Virus record (IMG/VR): IMGVR_UViG_3300032335_000904
Location: 1 to 30,962 of that record
Length of the DNA stretch: 30,962 nt
Reading direction: 5' to 3' (one strand)
Source of the DNA: a virus
Taxonomy: Duplodnaviria; Caudoviricetes
Part shown: positions 1 through 6,456 of the stretch, in pieces
How the letters are laid out: each line of letters starts with the position of its first letter
Numbering within the stretch: position 1 is the stretch's first letter
The notes under the pieces: model-generated
Seen by the model: only the letters and a program-made list of their open reading frames with translations
Databases searched by the model: none
Told to the model about the DNA's origin: nothing
Translations under genes and position numbers: made by a program

Positions 1-123
1 ATTCGTCTACAGTTGCAGTATTTTGCACCCATCCCCCACCGTTAGGGTGCTGATGCCACGTCTCAGCGGTAGCATCTGGAAAGATTTCTTGTAGTTGCAA
101 CAACGTCATCTAAACCACCTCCG
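1..123 (+). repeat. Terminal direct repeat, copy 1 (assembly circularisation overlap)
   Basis: 1-123 is identical to 30840-30962 (attcgtctac...ccacctccg). Confidence 0.95.
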
Positions 124-136
124 CAATCCCATCATC

Positions 137-721
137 TTAGCTGTACCAAGGTCTCCAATCCCCGTCAGACAACCTAGCATCTCCAAACACCCAAGCATTT
201 CCAGACACTTGAGCGTTTCCGTACACCTCAGCAGTTCCAAACACCCAAGCATTTCCAGACACTTGAGCGTTTCCGTACACCTCAGCAGTTCCAAACACCT
301 GAGCGCTTCCAGACACTTGAGCGTTTCCAGACAACCTAGCAGTTCCAAACACCCAAGCATTTCCAGACACTTGAGCGTTTCCGTACACCTCAGCAGTTCC
401 AAACACCCAAGCATTTCCAGACACTTGAGCATCTTCGTACACCCTAGCATTTCCAGACACCTGAGCGTTTCCAAACACTTGAGCATCTTCGTACACCCTA
501 GCATTTCCAGACACCTGAGCGCTTCCAGACACTCTAGCATCTTCGTACACCCTAGCATTTCCAGACACCCTAGCATTTCCAAACACCAACGCATTTTCAC
601 CAACAAAAGCCGTATCATCTACAGTTGCAGTATTTTCTACCCATCCACCACCATTAGGGTGCTGATGCCAAGTGTCTAAAGTTGCATCTGGAAAGATTGA
701 TTGCAGTTGTCCTAATGTCAT
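137..721 (-). CDS. Hexapeptide-repeat (left-handed beta-helix-like) protein, paralog 1
   Basis: N-terminal WHQHPNGGGWV motif followed by about 24 [GE][NDST]AxV[SFY] hexapeptides; strong SD GGAGGTGG upstream. Confidence 0.9.
   Translation of the reverse strand: MTLGQLQSIFPDATLDTWHQHPNGGGWVENTATVDDTAFVGENALVFGNARVSGNARVYEDARVSGSAQVSGNARVYEDAQVFGNAQVSGNARVYEDAQVSGNAWVFGTAEVYGNAQVSGNAWVFGTARLSGNAQVSGSAQVFGTAEVYGNAQVSGNAWVFGTAEVYGNAQVSGNAWVFGDARLSDGDWRPWYS
168..600. repeat. 18-bp coding tandem repeats with a 54-bp higher-order unit
   Basis: Exact 54-bp copies at 182-235, 236-289 and 344-397 (encode the TAEVY-GNAQVS-GNAWVFG unit). Confidence 0.9.
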
Positions 722-756
722 CTAAACCACCTCCGCATTGCCTGCCAGAATCTCAT
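718..756 (-). CDS. Possible 12-aa micro-ORF MRFWQAMRRWFR
   Basis: ATGA overlaps with both the upstream stop (753-755) and the downstream start (721); may be only a coupling spacer. Confidence 0.3.
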   Translation of the reverse strand: MRFWQAMRRWFR

Positions 757-851
757 TCGTCGTCACCATAGTCCGCAACTGCCAGCATGGCGTAAATGGC
801 TAGAATAGCCAGCACGACGACGAATGCCAGAACGATTTCCCAGTGTCTCAT
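753..851 (-). CDS. 32-aa single-TM membrane protein (not in ORF track)
   Basis: MRHWEIVLAFVVVLAILAIYAMLAVADYGDDE; TGATG overlap with the ssb stop; long hydrophobic stretch. Confidence 0.7.
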   Translation of the reverse strand: MRHWEIVLAFVVVLAILAIYAMLAVADYGDDE

Positions 852-1261
852 CACTCATCCCCAAACGGATCGTACTCGTCCTCGACTGCTGCTGCTGGCT
901 TTGGCGCAGCTCGGTTTGTCGATGTGTTCGCGCCTGCCTCGTCGCGTGGTCGGTCGAGCGCGTTCACGTTGTCTGCGACGACCTCGATGCTCTCGCGCTT
1001 GTTGCCGTTTTGGTCCTGCCATGTCCTCTGCTCCAGCCGACCATCCACTGCCACCAGCCGACCTCGACCGATGTACTCTGAAACGTAACGTGCGACCTGC
1101 CCCCATGCCCTGACTCGAAAGAAATCCGCGTCTGGTCCCTCTGCTGGCTTGATGCGCTTGTTGACTGCGATTGAGAATTCGACGACGTCTTTCCCGCCGC
1201 TGGTCGTCCGCAGCTCGGGATCCCGCGTGAGTCGTCCGATAAGAATAGTTCTATTTACCAT
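851..1261 (-). CDS. ssb: Single-stranded DNA-binding protein
   Basis: NRTILIGRLTRDPELR, GRLVAVDGRL OB-fold motifs and acidic DEYDPF tail. Confidence 0.97.
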   Translation of the reverse strand: MVNRTILIGRLTRDPELRTTSGGKDVVEFSIAVNKRIKPAEGPDADFFRVRAWGQVARYVSEYIGRGRLVAVDGRLEQRTWQDQNGNKRESIEVVADNVNALDRPRDEAGANTSTNRAAPKPAAAVEDEYDPFGDE

Positions 1262-1520
1262 TTTGTAATTTCCTGTATTGCTGTCCGATGCGTCTCATGT
1301 GCTTACATGCTAACGCATTTTTGTCTGTGATGATGTCGAGAAACTGCGGATGCTTTCGTCTCATTTGTGAGTCGTGGCAGTCGCAGGTCGTGTGTCCATG
1401 CTGATTCACATGAACCTCGTAGAAATGATTCCAGCGGCTTTCGCTACCGACGATGAACAGACACTCACCATCGACCACATCGACCAGATAGACTGGCATC
1501 CGCTGGAATCGGCGCGTCAT
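1251..1520 (-). CDS. SWIM-type zinc finger protein
   Basis: CDC...CKH spacing (TTCDCHDS...ACKHMRR) preceded by YEV beta strand. Confidence 0.75.
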   Translation of the reverse strand: MTRRFQRMPVYLVDVVDGECLFIVGSESRWNHFYEVHVNQHGHTTCDCHDSQMRRKHPQFLDIITDKNALACKHMRRIGQQYRKLQNGK

Positions 1521-2173
1521 TTCTGCCGCCTGCTGACCTCCTCGACGTACAGCCTGACATCATCAACTGTTGTACATCCCTCGTCGTTTATGGCTGCGTT
1601 GACTAGGTCGAAAATGTTCAGCGATTTCGGCACGATGGATTTTAGCCATGTGAAGTCCTCAGCAGTGCCACCGATTTCATGCCAGTCCGCCTGGACTTTC
1701 TTTCGCAGGACAGCTCTGGCATCCTCGACAGTGACCTCGGTGGGTTTCACCGCTGGCTTGGCTGCTGGCTTTGCAGGACCATGCGCATCAGTGTCGGTGT
1801 CGTCCACAATAGGAATCATCAGGTATTTGAGTAGCGCGTATTTGGTACAGCTGGTGATGGCTTTCTGAATCCCTTTGTCGTCGTTTCCTTTGGATTCGCC
1901 GAACCAGCAGAACTGATCCGTTTCGCCAGTGTCGGAATCTTTCACAGTGAATGTCATCTGCACCAGCACATGCTGACCATCGTGTGTACAGCTGCTGATG
2001 CTCGGCGTGATTTGCACACCATGCTCGACACATGCGTTTCTGACTGCAGGTAGGACGTCGTCCCATGCCTGATATTTGAACTTGAAGTGTGCGTTCAGAC
2101 CGTTTTTCTCGACTGCACCGATGGACCTGCTGACTGCGAGTACCTTGGCTGCGAGTGTTAATGGCTTGGTCAT
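1517..2173 (-). CDS. erf: ERF-family single-strand annealing recombinase
   Basis: KNGLNAHFKFKY and GESKGNDDKGIQKAITSCTKYAL...DTD motifs; start at 2173 via ATGA overlap. Confidence 0.88.
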   Translation of the reverse strand: MTKPLTLAAKVLAVSRSIGAVEKNGLNAHFKFKYQAWDDVLPAVRNACVEHGVQITPSISSCTHDGQHVLVQMTFTVKDSDTGETDQFCWFGESKGNDDKGIQKAITSCTKYALLKYLMIPIVDDTDTDAHGPAKPAAKPAVKPTEVTVEDARAVLRKKVQADWHEIGGTAEDFTWLKSIVPKSLNIFDLVNAAINDEGCTTVDDVRLYVEEVSRRQK

Positions 2174-2718
2174 TTGTCCACCACCACAATGTCGCATTTC
2201 TCGACGTCGGATGTGACCTCGAAACCCTCTGGCTGCTGCTCGATCAGGACAAGTTTCTGCGCGTCCGAAATCTTGGAAATCTGAAACTCCTCGGTGATTT
2301 TTATCGCCTCGACCCAGCCGAATTTCTGCGCGACTGCGAGTGCCAAACCTTTGTCGGCAACCTTTACGCCGCCTCTGACTGTGCGGAATTTGACCTTACC
2401 AAATGGAGTTTCGAGTGTCTTGGATTTCTGACCTGTCAGGCGACCCTGCGCAAATGCCTCGATGTGGCTGCCGTATAGATCCCGCAGGTAGTCGACGTGT
2501 GACTGCAGACGCTTTTCCTGTCGGCGGCAGTTGTCGAGAATGTACGCGTGATGCTGCTGCATGGCTGCCAGTGCATGCTCGGTGCGACCGATGCGCTCGA
2601 GCGCCGCTTCCAGCGCAGTCATGGATGTGATGCCGTCGTGACTGATTGCCTCGCACAGGATTTCGCCTGTGGCTGTCTCGACGACTTGATTTTCGATGAT
2701 AGTGTATGTTCGTTCCAT
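2170..2718 (-). CDS. gam: Mu Gam-like host-nuclease inhibitor (DNA end protection)
   Basis: Long coiled coil followed by KSKTLETPFGKVKFR motif; located in the recombination module. Confidence 0.75.
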   Translation of the reverse strand: MERTYTIIENQVVETATGEILCEAISHDGITSMTALEAALERIGRTEHALAAMQQHHAYILDNCRRQEKRLQSHVDYLRDLYGSHIEAFAQGRLTGQKSKTLETPFGKVKFRTVRGGVKVADKGLALAVAQKFGWVEAIKITEEFQISKISDAQKLVLIEQQPEGFEVTSDVEKCDIVVVDK

Positions 2719-2904
2719 TTATTTCGTTCCTTTCTGTCCTGGCATCTTGCCTGTTCTGATGAAATGTTCTGCCCTATAGCGCAGACCCTGTGGGGATAAA
2801 CCCGCCTCTTTCGCTATGCGAGAAAATGGTCGCAGGTTGCGCTGAATGATCAGCCACTGCGCCGCTTCCTCGACCAGCTCGTTCATGGTTTTAGTGTTAG
2901 CCAT
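2719..2904 (-). CDS. Small HTH DNA-binding regulator (Cro-like position)
   Basis: FSRIAKEAGLSPQGLRYR helix-turn-helix; first gene of the leftward operon; start at 2904 sits 7 nt after TATAAT. Confidence 0.75.
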   Translation of the reverse strand: MANTKTMNELVEEAAQWLIIQRNLRPFSRIAKEAGLSPQGLRYRAEHFIRTGKMPGQKGTK

Positions 2905-2911
2905 CCCACAC

Positions 2912-2940
2912 ATTATACACATTTTCTCAGAATGTATAAA
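2912..2940 (-). promoter_or_regulatory. Leftward sigma70-like promoter TTTATA-N17-TATAAT
   Basis: -10 at 2912-2917 and -35 at 2935-2940 on the minus strand; probably a leaderless transcript. Confidence 0.65.
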
Positions 2941-3039
2941 AACTTTTTCTTCGATTGTCTGGGACTTTAGACCTAGATTGAACTATTTTTAATAAAATGT
3001 TTCCTCCGATTGACAAAAACATTTTCTCTTTATGTATAA
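2919..3039. promoter_or_regulatory. Two putative operators ACATTTTCTC-N3-ATGTATAA
   Basis: Copies at 2919-2939 and 3019-3039 (18/21 identical), each overlapping the spacer of one divergent promoter. Confidence 0.65.
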
Positions 3040-3040
3040 T
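3010..3040 (+). promoter_or_regulatory. Rightward promoter TTGACA-N19-TATAAT
   Basis: Perfect hexamers at 3010-3015 and 3035-3040 with a long 19-nt spacer, upstream of the plus-strand operon. Confidence 0.65.
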
Positions 3041-3082
3041 AACTATATCAGCCGCGAACGATGGCTGAACGGAAAACACGAA

Positions 3083-3256
3083 ATGTACGACGCACACACA
3101 ATCAAAGCAGTTATCAAAGGTTACAAGTTTTCAATCAAAGCCAACCTGATGCACATGATGCACCTTGATTTCTCAGATAGCAGATACCAGACAATGAATC
3201 AAGAAATTAAGAAATGGGAACAAGAAATTCAAGAACTCAAACTGATGCTTAAGTAA
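3083..3256 (+). CDS. Hypothetical early protein (57 aa, C-terminal coiled coil)
   Basis: ORF downstream of the promoter; the ATG at 3032 lies inside the promoter, so 3083 is preferred. Confidence 0.7.
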   Translation: MYDAHTIKAVIKGYKFSIKANLMHMMHLDFSDSRYQTMNQEIKKWEQEIQELKLMLK

Positions 3257-3309
3257 GAATCAATCGGGCAGATAATCCCTGCCCACATCCACACACAGGA
3301 AACAGAACA

Positions 3310-3693
3310 ATGAACAAAACACTCTACTGCGAAACAACTGGCAACCCGACTCCAGAATTCCTTATCGAACTCGCCAAGATGCTCGGCGGACGACCCTGGG
3401 CAAACCATGGCAAGTTTCGCATCTATTTCGACGAAGGTAAGAAAACACAGGTCTACCTGAACTTTGACGCTGGCTGGTCGCTGAACATCTGGCTCGAGCC
3501 ATGCGGACAGACGGCGAAATGGTACGCGAATCGGAAACGCGATCTGCAAGAACAGTACACTCGCCACATTCGAGTCGCCATCGGCAGCCATCATTTCGGC
3601 GAAGCAGTCACTGCCTACTCGCCAGAGACGAATGCGGACATCGAGAAAATGGTCGCCGAGTTTACAGCTAAAATGGAAATGGTGTGCGCATGA
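3310..3693 (+). CDS. Hypothetical early protein
   Basis: AGGA SD; ATGA-coupled to the next gene. Confidence 0.8.
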   Translation: MNKTLYCETTGNPTPEFLIELAKMLGGRPWANHGKFRIYFDEGKKTQVYLNFDAGWSLNIWLEPCGQTAKWYANRKRDLQEQYTRHIRVAIGSHHFGEAVTAYSPETNADIEKMVAEFTAKMEMVCA

Positions 3694-4040
3694 ACGAAAC
3701 ACTGAAAAACATCATCATCGCCGACCTGCAGAAACTCATCGACGACTCGCGTCTCGATGGCTGTGGCTGCACTAGCGGCGACTACCAAAACCCGCCTGAA
3801 CAGTGCGACGCGTGCTGGGCGAGACTTGAACTAGACGACCTCATAGAATGGAAAGACAGTGCTGAACACCAGCTCGATGAATGCAATGTCCATTTGAACT
3901 GGAAAGCCTACTCGCATTACATTACAGCATGGTATCGCGCCTATGTCGCCGACATGGCTGCACACCAGCTCACTGACGAAAACCTGACCGTCCTGTTTAT
4001 CTATCACACTTTGCCTATCCTATCCGTGGAACTAAAATGA
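3690..4040 (+). CDS. Hypothetical protein with CGC...CDAC possible zinc site
   Basis: ATGA overlap at 3690; GCGCTS...QCDACW. Confidence 0.78.
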   Translation: MNETLKNIIIADLQKLIDDSRLDGCGCTSGDYQNPPEQCDACWARLELDDLIEWKDSAEHQLDECNVHLNWKAYSHYITAWYRAYVADMAAHQLTDENLTVLFIYHTLPILSVELK

Positions 4041-4387
4041 ACACTAAACTCTACTGCGTCATTACCAGAGACGAAAACGAAAACATCAGCAACATCCGCG
4101 CCAGCGCGACCGACCAGCACCTGGGCGACCAGGTCGTACCGCTCGCAGGACCTCTCGGCTTCCTGCTCATGTGCGAGTTTACAGGTCGGTTTTTGAGTGC
4201 CAAGCATTTCGGCGTCGACATGCTTGGACAATGGATAGGAGCAGCTGTGAACCACTTAGCCAGCTTTGACTTTCTGTGCCAGTGTGTGGAAATTGCTGAG
4301 TCTGGAAATGCCACTCACGACGCGCTCAAAGTCGCCGCATTCGCATCTGAATTCATGACCAATAACATTGAGGAAATCTTGAAATGA
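4037..4387 (+). CDS. Hypothetical early protein
   Basis: ATGA-coupled on both sides. Confidence 0.78.
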   Translation: MNTKLYCVITRDENENISNIRASATDQHLGDQVVPLAGPLGFLLMCEFTGRFLSAKHFGVDMLGQWIGAAVNHLASFDFLCQCVEIAESGNATHDALKVAAFASEFMTNNIEEILK

Positions 4388-4620
4388 AATCAACCTACAA
4401 CCAGAAATTGTCCGACGTCGTCCTCTCACAGGACGAAATTGATCGCATCGAAAACCTGACCGAAACCCAGCGCCAGCAGATGAACAGTGAAATGCTGCAG
4501 CTGCTCGCTCGCTCGAAATCCCTGTCGACTATCAGACATCCAGGAATGACTTGGGCTGACGGCATCTCGATGGTCCTGCTGGTCGCTGCAGTGATTTTCG
4601 TCGGAATCCTGCTGCGCTGA
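4384..4620 (+). CDS. Hypothetical protein with C-terminal TM helix
   Basis: GAGG SD; C-terminal ISMVLLVAAVIFVGILL. Confidence 0.78.
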   Translation: MKSTYNQKLSDVVLSQDEIDRIENLTETQRQQMNSEMLQLLARSKSLSTIRHPGMTWADGISMVLLVAAVIFVGILLR

Positions 4621-4645
4621 AAATTGACCCTCCAGAAATAAAGAT

Positions 4646-4674
4646 AGCCGCCGATAATGGCGGCTTTTCTTTTT
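4646..4674 (+). terminator. Intrinsic terminator between convergent operons
   Basis: AGCCGCC-gataat-GGCGGCT stem followed by TTTCTTTTT; A-rich upstream flank suggests bidirectional use. Confidence 0.85.
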
Positions 4675-4686
4675 GTGGGATGCCCG

Positions 4687-5091
4687 TTATATGTCGCTTG
4701 CTGGCGGCAGTTTCGATGGCACAAAATCGCAGTAGCTGTTCACCAGCTTTTGATTCGTGGCAGTCAGCGCCAGCATGCTGCGATGTGTCGGTGTGATGCC
4801 TATCTGCTTGCTGCCGTCCATGATGTTTTTGTACGTCAGCGCCGATACTCCGATGTTGTTATTGTCCTCGGCGAAATTCAGTGCGACCAGGACATCGTTT
4901 TTCTCTAACTTTACGATTTTGGAAATCAGATCGCGCTCGATGTCCTCGATGCCATGGACGTCGATTTTCTGACCGTCAGCCGATGTGCCGATTTCGTGAC
5001 CGTCCTGCAAAATGACGTCCTTTGTTCGCTTGATAACTTGCTCGGTCAGCAGATTGAAAATGATTTCGAGTGTTTTTGTTTTCAGTTCCAT
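4687..5091 (-). CDS. Hypothetical protein, possible tail fibre-associated/chaperone
   Basis: Last late gene, after a fibre-domain gene; RTKDVILQDGHEIG recalls small proteins that follow such fibres. Confidence 0.6.
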   Translation of the reverse strand: MELKTKTLEIIFNLLTEQVIKRTKDVILQDGHEIGTSADGQKIDVHGIEDIERDLISKIVKLEKNDVLVALNFAEDNNNIGVSALTYKNIMDGSKQIGITPTHRSMLALTATNQKLVNSYCDFVPSKLPPASDI

Positions 5092-5092
5092 G

Positions 5093-5614
5093 TCATGCCA
5101 CCTTATAGCTTAGGTTGATGCTGATTGTGTACGCGTTCGTTGCAATCGTGTTCAAGATAGTATCTGTGAACTCACCATCCGAAGTCGTGTTTGCAATTAA
5201 CGAGACTCTGAATGCGTTGTTATAGCCAGTTGTCAATGTCCCCCGAGTGTTGCCAGCGCCACCCAAGAACCCGCTGCCACTGTAAACCTCGCCGCCCAAT
5301 GGTGCGAATGGCAAACCCGTGACCGTGACTTTCGCCCCCGTCGTGGTCGATGTGGCAACTACAATGGTCGCATTCAAAAATACATAGTTTCCGACTCGCT
5401 GGTAGCTGCCAGTTCTCGATGTGTACGTCACCGTAACACCAGTGCCTGTGAACGCTGGAGTCCATGGTCCTTCCTCGAAATAGTTGAGTGTCGATGTGCC
5501 ACCACCGAATTTCACACCTGCAGAAAATGTCTGCAGCGACGGAAATGTATTCGCCTGATTGACGCCAGCAGGCTGCCATGTGTACTGGACATCGGTTGAG
5601 TCGAGCGGATTCAT
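5093..5614 (-). CDS. Tail fibre/receptor-binding-type domain protein
   Basis: LNYFEEGPWTP...GSYQRVGNYV...TGLPF pattern, typical of phage fibre C-terminal domains. Confidence 0.75.
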   Translation of the reverse strand: MNPLDSTDVQYTWQPAGVNQANTFPSLQTFSAGVKFGGGTSTLNYFEEGPWTPAFTGTGVTVTYTSRTGSYQRVGNYVFLNATIVVATSTTTGAKVTVTGLPFAPLGGEVYSGSGFLGGAGNTRGTLTTGYNNAFRVSLIANTTSDGEFTDTILNTIATNAYTISINLSYKVA

Positions 5615-5937
5615 CAGCTTAGAATTTCCTCGGCTTTGAGTGTCACACTTGCGCCGCTTTCCATGACTGCCCAGATGTCGAGTGATGCCGATGCGGCGTC
5701 AGTGAGCAGTGCGCCTGCCTCAGCTCTGGCTGAACATCCGATCAGCATGTCGGCTTTAGTCGGTGCTGTTGATCCTGCTGTCTGTACCTGAATGCGGACG
5801 CCGACGCCAGCAGTCACCGTGGTCGGAACGACGACTCGCCAGCCGATGCGCGTCGCAGTATTGCTGTCGAACAATTTGACTGGAGTCGTGCTGTCTACTG
5901 TGACGGAATTTCGTTTTGCTACATTGTTATATGCCAT
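5614..5937 (-). CDS. Hypothetical virion protein
   Basis: Small Ala/Thr/Val-rich beta protein in the tail module; TGATG coupled to the next gene. Confidence 0.7.
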   Translation of the reverse strand: MAYNNVAKRNSVTVDSTTPVKLFDSNTATRIGWRVVVPTTVTAGVGVRIQVQTAGSTAPTKADMLIGCSARAEAGALLTDAASASLDIWAVMESGASVTLKAEEILS

Positions 5938-5965
5938 GGCTGTTCTCTCTCTTGATTATGAATCG

Positions 5966-6430
5966 TTATAACTCTGTGGTGAAGTAGGTCAGGCTGCCGA
6001 CCAGGTCGAAGTTGCTGCCACTGCCGACGACGTTGACCTGTACGAATGCGTTGTTATGAATCAGCCGCAGCGCGCTGCCTGGCGACCATGCGACTATTTT
6101 GTCGACTGAATCGGTAGTCGAATGCGCCATGCCTGCAGCACATGGAATGATGTTCGCGAAATCAGACACGACTGGGAATGGCAGACCTCGGACCAGCAGA
6201 TTTCCGCTTGATGTGTCTGACTGCTTGCTCTGGCAGCTCATGATAAAATTGATGTGGACCACATTTTGGATTTTCTGATAATAGCCGACCTGTTGAGTCA
6301 CCGTGAAATTTAGGTCACCACCAGACGATGAGAGAATCGGTGTCCAGGCACCCTCACTCACAGACACTGGTGTGACTGTCTGCTGCAGCTGCGAAAACTG
6401 CGCCGTGATTGATTTGTCGACTGCTGCCAT
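5966..6430 (-). CDS. Second tail fibre/receptor-binding-type domain protein
   Basis: SEGAWTP...GYYQKIQNVV...RGLPF, same pattern as 5093-5614. Confidence 0.75.
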   Translation of the reverse strand: MAAVDKSITAQFSQLQQTVTPVSVSEGAWTPILSSSGGDLNFTVTQQVGYYQKIQNVVHINFIMSCQSKQSDTSSGNLLVRGLPFPVVSDFANIIPCAAGMAHSTTDSVDKIVAWSPGSALRLIHNNAFVQVNVVGSGSNFDLVGSLTYFTTEL

Positions 6431-6456
6431 GATTTCAGTTTACACCTGTCATTTCA

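Noticed and set aside
168-600. Possible CRISPR array
   Set aside because: Contiguous 18-bp coding repeats with no unique spacers and no cas genes.
95-679. Long alternative-frame ORFs (SRHLSV and CLEMLG repeats), also at 30435-30933
   Set aside because: Shadow frames left open by stop-free 18-bp repeats; the frame with the SD and conserved N-terminus is the real gene.
137-721. Diversity-generating retroelement TR/VR pair between the paralogs
   Set aside because: No reverse transcriptase seen, and differences are module order rather than adenine-specific substitutions.
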